Shown piece by piece: positions 27,394 through 37,319 of a DNA stretch of 64,000 bases. Each line of letters opens with the position of its first letter. Within the stretch, counting starts at the first letter, position 1. A model generated the notes under the pieces. The model searched no databases, was not told the DNA's origin, and worked only from the letters and a program-made list of their open reading frames with translations. Source of the stretch: a bacterium (GTDB lineage Bacteria; SZUA-182; DTGQ01; JAFGSM01); assembly GCA_049472335.1 (NCBI GenBank), contig JBLIRO010000021.1, positions 1,766-65,765 on the forward strand, in the 5' to 3' direction. A program made the translations under genes and the position numbers.

Positions 27394-27554
27394 TGAACCT
27401 AAGGAAAATTGTGTATTACTTTGTTTTACATTCTCAGATTTCAAGACTTGACCCTGCTGAACCTTATAACCAAATTTAATTTCAATATGTTTTAGTCTCA
27501 TTAAACTAAATATTAAGCATAAAAAGGTTATTTGACCAAAATTAGAATTGCCAT

Positions 27555-27731
27555 ATGGCGTTTTTATTATATTTAAAAAAGGATCTTGTTGTATATAAAT
27601 TAGTTGAAGATTTAGGTTTTCTGGAGGTAATCCAAGGATCTAAAGGATACATGAAGACAGAACATCCGGATTTAACTATTGAATTTCTTGTACCAGAGAG
27701 AGGAAGGGTATCTGTTTATTTTTTCAAATAA
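27555..27731 (+). pseudogene. short remnant resembling a nucleotidyltransferase-fold (TA-associated) protein fragment
   Basis: Hand translation: MAFLLYLKKDLVVYKLVEDLGFLEVIQGSKGYMKTEHPDLTIEFLVPERGRVSVYFFK. The IEFLVPERGR segment recalls a family of nucleotidyltransferase-fold proteins. Too short to be functional. Confidence 0.3.
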
Positions 27732-27907
27732 CCGATGGTTAGTGGATTAGGCTTGTGGAAATGTTTGATCATCATAATTCTCTATAAACTGGGGCTTGAC
27801 AACCTTAACCACAGCATAGATAATCGGACAATGGGTGATGTATTAACCAACTCCAAATAAATTTTTCTCTTATATAACTAAAATCAATACAGCAAAGAGG
27901 GGGATCT

Positions 27908-28414
27908 ATGAGCAGCAAAAGATGTATATATCTATCAATTGTTATTATAATGTTCATCCTTGCAGGTTTTGCAACAAAGGCAATCGCTCAAGGGATGTCG
28001 GGTATCCGCTGGAAAGGATGGGGAGTTCGTGCTGGTCTGAGCAGTGACCCTGACCAGGTATATGGCGGCGTTCATTTCAATTTGGGAGAGTTTGCTAAAG
28101 ATGTTCGTTTCAGGCCTACTATGGAAATCGGTTTCGGTGATGATCAGACACTCCTTCAGATCTTGGCTGAGGTGCATTACGTTTTCTCAAAATTCCGGGT
28201 TTGGAAGCCATATCTTGGAGGCGGTCTGGGATTAACCTATATCAATTATGATGATGAGCATCCAAAAGATGACAGTGATACAGAGATTTCCCTGAATCCA
28301 ATAGCAGGGATAGAGACAATGTTGAATCAAGGGATGAAGCTCTTTTTCGAGCTCAAATTGGGTCTTGCGGATGAAGATCCTGACTTAAAGTTCGGGGTAG
28401 GATTAAGCTGGTAG
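27908..28414 (+). CDS. small outer-membrane beta-barrel protein
   Basis: 168 aa. Signal peptide ending AIA-QG. Alternating amphipathic strands. Terminal aromatic residue (GVGLSW). Confidence 0.6.
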   Translation: MSSKRCIYLSIVIIMFILAGFATKAIAQGMSGIRWKGWGVRAGLSSDPDQVYGGVHFNLGEFAKDVRFRPTMEIGFGDDQTLLQILAEVHYVFSKFRVWKPYLGGGLGLTYINYDDEHPKDDSDTEISLNPIAGIETMLNQGMKLFFELKLGLADEDPDLKFGVGLSW

Positions 28415-28599
28415 CAAGACCCTATCTCGGGAAAACACTTCTCTTTCAGTGAGAACCTGGACTCCGGGGGGTGTGTTTAAAACCACCTTTTTAACAGGGA
28501 TTAAAGAGTACAGATGCAGAAATAAAATGTTTATATATAGAAATATTCTTCTGTAATAGTTTTGGAAAATTGATAGAAGTCTATAAAAGATGGATTAAA

Positions 28600-28632
28600 T
28601 TTTAAGGGCGGGGAAAGAAAATCCCCCGCCCC
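28600..28632 (-). terminator. GC-rich hairpin downstream of the 28644-30110 gene
   Basis: GGGCGGGG (28606-28613) pairs with CCCCGCCC (28624-28631). On the minus strand it is followed by the U-rich CTTAAAATTTAAT. Confidence 0.45.
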
Positions 28633-28643
28633 AGGAGACTCGT

Positions 28644-30110
28644 TTATGGGACAATACAGATGGAATCCATTCCCTTAATTGGGGTCCCGTCATTCAAACT
28701 ACCGGTCAGGATTCCAGTTGTATCCTCATCCGAGAAAATCCCTTCCATATTTGCAAATTTTGCAATAAGATCTTCATGCCCATCTCCATTTACATCCTCT
28801 AAATGGGCTAAGAGAACGCCCTGTTTACCAACAGCCCCTATTTCCAAAACATCTTGCAGCTTTAGACTTTCAAGATTGATATTCGCTACATCAAAATCAG
28901 CAGCTCCAAATACGGCCACAGGTATGAAACCATAACCTGCTTTATTGATACAGTTTGGTTCGCCACCTGGTTTAATATCTATCTGGACCTCCCGGACCTT
29001 GATTTCAGGTGTCCAGAGGAAAGCATACTGGCCCAAATCCTGGGAGAAGGCTGTGCCTATAATCTGACCGCTGTCATTAATATCACTCGCTTTCAAAAGG
29101 CCCGGTTCCCCTGTTATCTCACTAAGGGCGACAGGTTCGGGTTTCCAGACTACAGCAGTCTCATCCTCCAGGATATTTTCTTCTGTCTCATATGCATTGG
29201 CTCCCACAATGATTCCTTGATTATTAATACCATATGCCATGGAAACGTTTTTCCCGGAAAGCATTCCCAATTGTGTCATTCCGGTCTCATTTGTGAAAAG
29301 AAAAGCCTTTGCGTTTCCCGCCCAACAAACACCAAATTCATCACATACCAGATTTCCACAAACACCTATAACATCTCCATTATCATTGATGCCAAAACCC
29401 TGAGACAACTCATATCCGGGAAGCACTCCGAGGTTGATCTTCTCTTCACTCTGAGTCCAAGTGAAGGCACGTGAAATAAAGCCTTCCGTTTCCGTCCATT
29501 TCCAGCTAAAGCCAACGACCTTATCGTTATAGTTAACAGCGTAAGCGACACTACCACAACTATACGGATCTTCACACTCCCACAGTATTCCCAATTCTGT
29601 TAACTCCTCTTCCATTAAAAAATATGCACGTTGACCATAATCCGTGAATATATCACCCACTATATGACCCAGGTTATTAATACCTATGGCAGTGGAACCA
29701 GAGCCGACCTTTTCACTAAGATCGCTGACCCCTTCTTCAGTCCAGAGGAAGGGTATAAAATCCTCGAACCAGCCCTCTTCCGACATGTAATAACAATAAC
29801 CAACAACGTCTCCATCCTCATTAATATCAAAGGCATGACATACATTTTTACCTTCAGGGAGTGGTAGCGTTATCATTTCACCATCCACCCATTTGAATGC
29901 TATTGCACTTATAAACATACCATCATCGGATGAGGTAGCGTAAAAGCCCACTACCTGGCCATTGTTATTGATGGCTAAAACATCGATGGTATCTGCTCCG
30001 TCAGGCCTCGGGATTTTGACAAAATCCGACGATACTGCCTTGCCCACTAAAATCATTGCAAGGATAGTGACAAATACAATCGACAACCCCTTTTTATTTA
30101 TTCTTTTCAT
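28644..30110 (-). CDS. secreted repeat protein (HAF-family-like extracellular repeats) with C-terminal FG-GAP/dockerin-like Ca-binding motif
   Basis: 488 aa. Signal peptide. Seven repeats of the form INNNGQVVGF / INEDGDVVGY / INNLGHIVGD / INDNGDVIGV / INNQGIIVGA / INDSGQIIGT. C-terminal DVNGDGHEDL. Confidence 0.65.
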   Translation of the reverse strand: MKRINKKGLSIVFVTILAMILVGKAVSSDFVKIPRPDGADTIDVLAINNNGQVVGFYATSSDDGMFISAIAFKWVDGEMITLPLPEGKNVCHAFDINEDGDVVGYCYYMSEEGWFEDFIPFLWTEEGVSDLSEKVGSGSTAIGINNLGHIVGDIFTDYGQRAYFLMEEELTELGILWECEDPYSCGSVAYAVNYNDKVVGFSWKWTETEGFISRAFTWTQSEEKINLGVLPGYELSQGFGINDNGDVIGVCGNLVCDEFGVCWAGNAKAFLFTNETGMTQLGMLSGKNVSMAYGINNQGIIVGANAYETEENILEDETAVVWKPEPVALSEITGEPGLLKASDINDSGQIIGTAFSQDLGQYAFLWTPEIKVREVQIDIKPGGEPNCINKAGYGFIPVAVFGAADFDVANINLESLKLQDVLEIGAVGKQGVLLAHLEDVNGDGHEDLIAKFANMEGIFSDEDTTGILTGSLNDGTPIKGMDSICIVP

Positions 30111-30995
30111 TTTGATGGCCTCCTTTCCTAAAAAGGGTTAAATGTGTTAAGTATCCTTTATATGATTAATAGCGTTGATAAGAGATTTAAGCGAAGCAGG
30201 GTGAATTCTTTCAAGTGACAGTGTATGAGTAAATTCGAGAGATCTTATCACCTTCTATTATAATTTAGCCACACCCATATCAAGACAATCTGAATGTTGC
30301 CACAGGAAGTGAAGCAATCCCGAATAGCCATAACAAACTTTGTGAAGCTTCCAAAAATCCAGATGGAATTGAAGATTGAATGTTAAAAAGAAATCAAGGC
30401 ATAATTAAGATATAATTGAGAATGTGGAAATGTGAAATAGAGATCACCCAAATGTCCCAAATCATTTATTATAATTGTAAGGGACCTTACATTGCTACCT
30501 GACCAGTGGGAAAAAGGAATGAGGAATTCCAATGCCAGCCCGGATGAAATTTTAGGTAAAAAATGGAATTTGCAAAAGCTTAATTAAAAAGAAAAGGAAA
30601 GAGAAAAATCGAGAAACCTTTTCTTATACATAAAATTTCAAAGAGCTATATGATTTCAGTTGTTTTTAATTGCTAATTTTTTTTGAAAACTTGGAAATAG
30701 ATTAACATTAGAGAAAATATTTTTTAAAAAATAATCTTTACAAATTATGCAATATTAACCAATTTTTGTCAACGGCTTCAGTTGGTAAAGAGATGAATCC
30801 CTGGTATCTGCTCGAAATGTTTATCCACAGTAAAATTGATGCGTCTTTTTCTTTATTGATATTTTTCTAAGTTTTTGATAGCCTTTTAATTAGCTATAGT
30901 TACAGGGAGTTAGCCCATTAAAAGAGGAGGAGGCTTTATTTGGCAGCAAAATATTTTAGCGTGATCGTTAAGATCTTAAACAACCCGTATACACT

Positions 30996-31895
30996 GTGAT
31001 CGATCCCGGATTAAATGAAAAAGCTGTGCTTATAACCGGTGGCAACAATCCATATGGTATTGGAGCGGCAATTGCCAGGGCTTTTGCTTCACACGGCTCA
31101 AAAATATTTATTCATTATTTTCAACAGGAAATTACTTTACCGAATGAGAGCCATGATATTTCTACTACACAGGAAACAGGACTGCCCTTCTTTTTTGAAC
31201 AACAAAGAAAAACAGCAGATGAAGTGGTTTCATCCATTCGAAAATATGGCGGGGAAGCTGAGTCATGGGGAGGAGATCTTCGCAATCCGGAAAACGTAGA
31301 TCGTTTATTTGACTTGGCAGAAAAGGCTTTTGGGCATATCGACATACTAGTGAATAATGCAGCCGAGTATATTGCGGACTCCTTCCTGCCGCTCGATACT
31401 ACAGAGAAAAAGGCGAAACTATGGGAAGGTGGACCAACCTTCTCGACAATAGATGTTGAAAGCCATGATCGTCATTTTACAGTGAATTCAAGAGCGGCTG
31501 CCATCCTCATGGCAAAGTATGCACATAGAATCATCGAAAGACAGACAAATTGGGGAAGGATAATCAATATAAGCGCGGATTGTGCTTGGGGATGTCCTAA
31601 AGAGGTTTCTTACCGGGCAAGTAAATACGCCTTGGAATCATACAGCCGTAGTGCCGCAGCCGAACTGGGACGGTATGGAATCACGGTTAATGTGGTCTCG
31701 CCCGGTCCGGTACAATCCGGCTATATAACTCCGGAAATGGAAAAAGCTCTTATTTCGGATATCCCTTTACAAAGAGTCGGACTTCCGGAGGATATCGCAA
31801 ATGCTGTAGTATTCTTCGCATCAAAGCAAGCTGGCTGGATAACGGGGCAAGTATTATTTGTACACGGCGGTCATCGGATGGCTTTAGGCCAATAG
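30996..31895 (+). CDS. short-chain dehydrogenase/reductase (SDR) family oxidoreductase
   Basis: 299 aa. GTG start. Cofactor motif ITGGNNPYGIGAAIA, NNAA, and catalytic YRASKYAL (YxxxK). Confidence 0.85.
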   Translation: MIDPGLNEKAVLITGGNNPYGIGAAIARAFASHGSKIFIHYFQQEITLPNESHDISTTQETGLPFFFEQQRKTADEVVSSIRKYGGEAESWGGDLRNPENVDRLFDLAEKAFGHIDILVNNAAEYIADSFLPLDTTEKKAKLWEGGPTFSTIDVESHDRHFTVNSRAAAILMAKYAHRIIERQTNWGRIINISADCAWGCPKEVSYRASKYALESYSRSAAAELGRYGITVNVVSPGPVQSGYITPEMEKALISDIPLQRVGLPEDIANAVVFFASKQAGWITGQVLFVHGGHRMALGQ

Positions 31896-31929
31896 TCTAA
31901 GAAATTAATAATAAAAAGGAGGGTTTTCT

Positions 31930-32685
31930 TTGCGTTATTTAATACGATGTTTAATATCTTTTTCAATCCTTCTTGTATTTACAACTCTTGTATTCGGAGA
32001 AACAAATCATCATGTTACGTATGAAATAAACGGGGAGTCTTATGCGGGTTACTATGTTCCTGCCGATAAAGACTCTCCATTTATTTTACTTATCCACGAC
32101 TGGGATGGACTCACGGATTACGAAATCAAACGAACCCACATGCTCTCAGAGTTGGGATACAGTGTATTTGCCGCAGACTTATTTGGAGCAGGTATACGGC
32201 CTACAACAATAGAAGACAAACGGCAACTTACAGGCGAGCTTTACAAAGACAGGGAAAAGATCCGCAAACTGATTTATGGGGCACTGCAGGAAGCAAAGGC
32301 AAGAGGGGCGAATATCAAAAACGGTGTTGCTATGGGCTATTGTTTTGGCGGCACGGCAGTCCTTGAGTTGGCGCGTTCAGGAGCGGACCTTAAAGGTTTT
32401 GTTACATTTCATGGCGGCTTGGCTACACCGGAAGGTCAGGATTACTCAAAAACCAAAGGAGAAGTCTTGATCTTGCATGGCACTGCTGATTCAGCTATTC
32501 CCATGAAAGAATTTGCAGCATTGGCAAAAGAACTTGAATCTGCCGGGGTTAGGCATGAAATGATAACTTATGGCGGTGCGGACCATGCGTTTACAGTTTT
32601 TGGCGGGGGGCGTTATAACGAAAATGCGGACAAAAAATCCTGGCAACGTTTTATTAAATTCCTTGAAGATAAATTTGAAAAATAA
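31930..32685 (+). CDS. secreted dienelactone hydrolase family protein
   Basis: 251 aa. TTG start after AGGAGGG. Signal peptide. Nucleophile motif GYCFGG and HGTAD. Confidence 0.85.
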   Translation: MRYLIRCLISFSILLVFTTLVFGETNHHVTYEINGESYAGYYVPADKDSPFILLIHDWDGLTDYEIKRTHMLSELGYSVFAADLFGAGIRPTTIEDKRQLTGELYKDREKIRKLIYGALQEAKARGANIKNGVAMGYCFGGTAVLELARSGADLKGFVTFHGGLATPEGQDYSKTKGEVLILHGTADSAIPMKEFAALAKELESAGVRHEMITYGGADHAFTVFGGGRYNENADKKSWQRFIKFLEDKFEK

Positions 32686-32705
32686 AAGGATCTATTTTTT
32701 ATTTT

Positions 32706-33185
32706 TTAAGGGTTTCCTATCACCTGCTTCAAATAAGGAATTGCAGGCTTTATTATAACCGGTTTTAAAATGTTAATTATTTTCCAGCCCTTATTGGTTT
32801 TTTGAAGGAATACAGTCTGAAGCTCGTTCCTGTCAGCATAAACCACCTCTACCTCAAATACCCTCTTGCCTTCGTTCTCTTCTGTTCCATTAATTATTGA
32901 CACACCTTTAACATTTTGAGCATATTCTTTTATATATTCCCGGAAGCCCTGGTCTTTCCAATCCTTTCTGTTTGATTGCAAAATAGCCAGGGATTCGCCG
33001 GTAAAACATTTTAGAAAATCTTCTACATCTCCAAGCTTAGCGAAAGAAAACATCTTCCAAATTATATCAGAGGCATTTTCCGGACTCTGAATCCTCTGAA
33101 ATTTGAAGAGAAAGATAAATATGGTTATTCCTATAAGGAAAACTAAAACTATAAAAACTTTACGAAAAAAGGCCTTCTCTTTCAT
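32706..33185 (-). CDS. membrane-anchored small protein (NTF2-like/DUF4878-like fold suspected)
   Basis: 159 aa with one N-terminal TM helix. Last gene of the minus-strand cytochrome operon. No motif recognised. Confidence 0.5.
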   Translation of the reverse strand: MKEKAFFRKVFIVLVFLIGITIFIFLFKFQRIQSPENASDIIWKMFSFAKLGDVEDFLKCFTGESLAILQSNRKDWKDQGFREYIKEYAQNVKGVSIINGTEENEGKRVFEVEVVYADRNELQTVFLQKTNKGWKIINILKPVIIKPAIPYLKQVIGNP

Positions 33186-33284
33186 CTTCTCTTGCTTCCT
33201 AAACCATAATATTCAGGCTCTTACGCCCCTTATAAGGAAAATCTCGCTCACACATGGAGCTTTATAAAGGAGCCAGAAGAAGGT

Positions 33285-34355
33285 TTAAAGACCGAAGCCT
33301 GACTCCTGCTTAGAATTGCCGAATCCATAGTCTTGATAATTATATAAAAGGTAGCGTATTTTCTGAATATTTTCCTCCATATTCTTTATCATACTCAGAG
33401 TAAGCCATTTATTATGGGCGCCCCGGCTATTATCCTTCAGGAGATAAAAATAGTTTTCTTGAACCTTTTCAAACAGGGAAAATGGTTGTTCCAGGGCCGG
33501 GCCATAACCTTTCCTTTTTATGCTGTTAAACTGGGATTTGACCTCCTGTATTTGCGATTTAATTTGATTTATCCTTTCGCCAAGCTCACTTTTAAGCCTT
33601 TGGTATTGCATGACAGTCTCTTCCTTATGGCATTCAAGACAAGTTTTTTGATCTACTTCCTCAAACCCTTGATGGCACTCCTGGCAAGCTTCCTTTTCCT
33701 GGTAATGAGATGATCCCAGGCTTGATGATTCACCTGTCGCGTCTATTCCCTTAAGCATGTTATATTGATAGATGTGGCAGATATTGCATTTATTTCGAGG
33801 AGCTATTTCATCGTTATGGCAGGTAAAGCAAAAATCTTTCATCATGGAAAGATTTTTGGCCATACCGTATTCCTCATGGGCCACTCTATCGTGACAGACA
33901 ACACAGGAATAGCCCATATCCATATGCAAGCCGTGATTTACCCGAATCCTTTTGCCTAACATTGATTCTTCCATATTTTTATGGCATCCGGTACTAGAAC
34001 AGTTAACAGACTTTGATGCCTTGATATCATCCTCCTCTATTCCAAAAAAATAGATATAGGTGTTTTTAAGCCCATAGACAGTTGTCTTTATTGTCCCAAA
34101 TAGTCCTGGTTGTAAGTGGCAGGCATTGCAGCTATTTTTTGTATATTCCGGTTTATGTTGTGATTTTTGCCAGTTATCACAAGCGCTTTTAATAAGATGG
34201 CAGGATCCGCAAAAGGATGGCCGATCAAACACATAAGTATTGAGTATCCACAATAAAGAGATTAAGCAGATGCATAAAGCGCTTAAGATGATAAGGGGTC
34301 TCTTTTTTTCTTTCAAAATACGAAACATTTCTATTATCTCTTTCACCACGGCCAA
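33285..34355 (-). CDS. membrane-anchored multihaem c-type cytochrome (NapC/NirT/NrfH-like N-terminus)
   Basis: 356 aa with an N-terminal TM helix. Seven CxxCH motifs (CGSCH, CNACH, CVVCH, CFTCH, CNICH, CQECH, CLECH) plus one atypical CSSTGCH. Confidence 0.85.
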   Translation of the reverse strand: MAVVKEIIEMFRILKEKKRPLIILSALCICLISLLWILNTYVFDRPSFCGSCHLIKSACDNWQKSQHKPEYTKNSCNACHLQPGLFGTIKTTVYGLKNTYIYFFGIEEDDIKASKSVNCSSTGCHKNMEESMLGKRIRVNHGLHMDMGYSCVVCHDRVAHEEYGMAKNLSMMKDFCFTCHNDEIAPRNKCNICHIYQYNMLKGIDATGESSSLGSSHYQEKEACQECHQGFEEVDQKTCLECHKEETVMQYQRLKSELGERINQIKSQIQEVKSQFNSIKRKGYGPALEQPFSLFEKVQENYFYLLKDNSRGAHNKWLTLSMIKNMEENIQKIRYLLYNYQDYGFGNSKQESGFGL

Positions 34356-34402
34356 CAGGTTAAAATGTTATAGGCCACGATATTTCAAAAGGCCGGATCA
34401 AG

Positions 34403-37012
34403 CTATTTCCTGGTGGTTTTGGGCCTGTAATGATAGCAAATTGGCGCTGTCCAGGCCATCGCCCCATCCTTTTGCCTTACCTGGATAAGGTAATGATAAT
34501 CATCTTTTCCAGAAATATCCATATCCACAAAGGTTATATCCGCCTCTTTTCCCTTGATATTTCTTGAACTATAGATACATTTGGCGTTGCGGATAATATC
34601 CGCCTGTTCTATTTCTGCGGTGCCAATGATCCTGGCCAGCATCCTTGGGTTTGGATTGGAAGCCAAAAACTTATCCCCCATCGGATGTCCTTCAACCGTA
34701 AAATCAAGAACAATCCAGTCAGTAGCTACATAATTCCTTCTTTTCTCCAGGGCTTCAATAAGGGATTCTTCGTTGAAATCTTCAACATAAACACAAGTAA
34801 TAATAGGCATACCCTTAGGGATCGGCTTTTTTTGCAGGTAATGCCCCGGCGCCCTCTTATAAGGGCTTTTTCCCTTCATATAAAAAGAAAGAAAATATTT
34901 CCCGTTAAGATAAACGGATGTAGCCTTTTTTGCCTCCCAGAGTGAATAGTTATCAGGGCCAAACCATCTTGCGCTGTCCCGGGATGCATAATCAGCTATC
35001 CCCAGAAAATCATACTGCTGATCATCCAGGGCGTATTTGAAGGCATCTGTAACAAAACTGTCCATGCCCTTCCTGCCTCTAGTATCATGCTGCTCATGGA
35101 CCGTACCCCAGAAGAGTTTGTATTTTTTTAACCCCAGGTTCGATTCGTATCGTATCTTTGGAACTGAAATTGATTGTATATAGGATTCCTGAGTTATAAT
35201 TTTCGGTTGATTTTCAACCAGTGTAAGCTCCATATACTGAGGAGGCAATTTCTCCAGGTTCAGTGAAGCGACAAAGATACTGTCAGGATCAAGTGTTCTT
35301 GATCCATTCCGGCGATTATCTCCTGGATAGGCAATCCAGATCTCGGCCTTATCATTGACGGCACTGGCTGAAGAGGCAAAGATATTACGCCAGGTATTAT
35401 AGCCAATCTCAATCGGGGAAGACCAGATTTTACCGTCATAAAAGATGCCGTAAACCTTCCATATTTCCATTAACTTATCATGGATGTAAAAGGGTATGCT
35501 GCTGGTGTAATGATGGAAAAAAAGCCAGAGCCTTCCGCTTGAGTCTATCTGAAGCTGGGGAAGATCGGCATACATTTTCATGGCAGGTGTAAATTTGAAA
35601 TAAAAATCCTCAGTAGGTTTATAGAATTTACCCTCGTAATAACAGATAAGACCAATTTTTCTTGAATTATACCTGCCCCGCCTTCCTTCCATCGGGGTTT
35701 TATCATAATTTATCTGGGTTTCAACAGACTCAAATTTACCTATTTCAATAAATCTTTGTTCTTCATCCTCTCCAAAACCCCAGTTATCCCCTGACATATC
35801 CCAGGCAATCCACACTCTTCCTGACTTATCCGCAGCAAGGCTGGCATGAGCTACATAATTCCTAGTAGAAAATATCTCTATTTCCGGTCCAAAGGCACCG
35901 ATCTCAGGATTGAATTGTCTCAGGACTATAGCGTGCTTTCTATCGCGATATGTATCCCAGGCTAGATAAATATTTCCTTTATAGTCTGTTGTTATGACAG
36001 GTTGCCAGTCGTTTCCTTGATGGTCTGTGACCCTGATAATGGATGACCATTTGCCTCTATCCCAGTATTTCATGAATATATCCGCATTTTCAGACCCAAA
36101 GCCCTGCCAGGCTACCCAAAGCCGGCTATTTTCATCTACTATGAGGCGCTGGTTTGTATCCGGACCCGGATGATTGCTGATCCGAAAGATTGAGGACCAG
36201 CGGCCGTTCTTGTAATATCTTGCATAAATATCCCAGTTTTCCTTAACCATGGCTGGCCAGCAGACCCAAAGGCCTCCATCGGGGTCTCCGGCCAAAGATG
36301 GCTGGAGATAGGATCCTGTATCCGAAATCTCTATCTCTTTTCCCCATTCCTGGCCATTGTATTTCCTTAAAACCAATCGCTCCCTGCCTTTTTTGAAACT
36401 TATATATGCTGTCCAGATATTTCCCATACTATCTATAGCGATGGAAGGATAATTGTTCATCGTCCCTTTTGAGCCAAATATAAAGGAACGCGGCAGTAAT
36501 TGAATCTCAATGTTTTGATTAATTCTTGTAATCGGCCTCCCAAGCTTTAAATCTTCCAGATTGAAGGAAAACGTACCCCCTGCGGTAGCAACAGAAATGC
36601 TTGTTGTGCGGGGTGCATTAAGCTCCAGGATAATTCCTTTAGCTACCCACTCCTCAAGATATTCTCTTGGTGAGAACCCTTCAAGCCTGTCCACTATTGC
36701 ACGGCCATGAAGCCTTTCAATTGAGCACTTCCATCTGTTTTCTTCAGGGAAAAGATTATCCTGCTCTGTGAAGTTAATAGCCTTTATATTCTCAATCCTG
36801 CCCTCAGAAATTGACACCTCGCCATCCCATGTGATAGGCTTTGGCCCCCTTATTCCAAAGATTATCTGCACTGTCCAAAGGAGTACCTTTTTATGCTTTT
36901 CTATTTGAGAATCTAAGATGCTAACATTATAGAAAAGAGAGAATATTAGGATAAATGTACAAAGAATAATCTGAGAGATGATTTTATTTCTGTGAAATAA
37001 ATTTTTCATCAA
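34403..37012 (-). CDS. large secreted protein: beta-propeller-like W-rich repeats + C-terminal PHP/CehA-McbA-like metallohydrolase-type region
   Basis: 869 aa. Signal/anchor peptide. Repeated units (GRWSSIFRISN, GKWSSIIRVTD, LWVAWQ, IYLAWD, VWIAWD). The C-terminus ends in the family-typical YHYLIQVRQKDGAMAWTAPI. The function assignment is weak. Confidence 0.55.
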   Translation of the reverse strand: MMKNLFHRNKIISQIILCTFILIFSLFYNVSILDSQIEKHKKVLLWTVQIIFGIRGPKPITWDGEVSISEGRIENIKAINFTEQDNLFPEENRWKCSIERLHGRAIVDRLEGFSPREYLEEWVAKGIILELNAPRTTSISVATAGGTFSFNLEDLKLGRPITRINQNIEIQLLPRSFIFGSKGTMNNYPSIAIDSMGNIWTAYISFKKGRERLVLRKYNGQEWGKEIEISDTGSYLQPSLAGDPDGGLWVCWPAMVKENWDIYARYYKNGRWSSIFRISNHPGPDTNQRLIVDENSRLWVAWQGFGSENADIFMKYWDRGKWSSIIRVTDHQGNDWQPVITTDYKGNIYLAWDTYRDRKHAIVLRQFNPEIGAFGPEIEIFSTRNYVAHASLAADKSGRVWIAWDMSGDNWGFGEDEEQRFIEIGKFESVETQINYDKTPMEGRRGRYNSRKIGLICYYEGKFYKPTEDFYFKFTPAMKMYADLPQLQIDSSGRLWLFFHHYTSSIPFYIHDKLMEIWKVYGIFYDGKIWSSPIEIGYNTWRNIFASSASAVNDKAEIWIAYPGDNRRNGSRTLDPDSIFVASLNLEKLPPQYMELTLVENQPKIITQESYIQSISVPKIRYESNLGLKKYKLFWGTVHEQHDTRGRKGMDSFVTDAFKYALDDQQYDFLGIADYASRDSARWFGPDNYSLWEAKKATSVYLNGKYFLSFYMKGKSPYKRAPGHYLQKKPIPKGMPIITCVYVEDFNEESLIEALEKRRNYVATDWIVLDFTVEGHPMGDKFLASNPNPRMLARIIGTAEIEQADIIRNAKCIYSSRNIKGKEADITFVDMDISGKDDYHYLIQVRQKDGAMAWTAPICYHYRPKTTRK

Positions 37013-37166
37013 TGGATTTCTCTTCTTACATAAGTCAATGACATGATCCTTGAGAACATATAAGAATTTTTTTTTGTATCTTTAATATGTTCTGTTATAA
37101 ATCAAATTTTGTCAAATGTAAACCCAGAGAACTATCATCCGGCAATTCTTGTGCAATAATCTGTAG

Positions 37167-37192
37167 CTAGCGAAGTTCCGCTTCAAACCGAC
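37167..37192 (+). repeat. 26-nt dispersed direct repeat, copy 1 (CTAGCGAAGTTCCGCTTCAAACCGAC)
   Basis: 24/26 identical to 48855-48880, same orientation. Confidence 0.7.
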
Positions 37193-37319
37193 TAAAAAGT
37201 GCATTTTGTTTGGAATCTTTAACCTTCAAATTGAATATCAAGAAAATTAAAATTTTTTAATTTTAATTTAATCTTCTTTTAATTATTCTTATGGTAAAAT
37301 AAAAATAAGGAGGTGAACT

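Noticed and set aside
37141-37157. Minus-strand sigma54-like sequence TTGCAC-aagaa-TTGCC upstream of 37012
   Set aside because: The near-invariant GG of the -24 element is TG here, so it is judged too weak.
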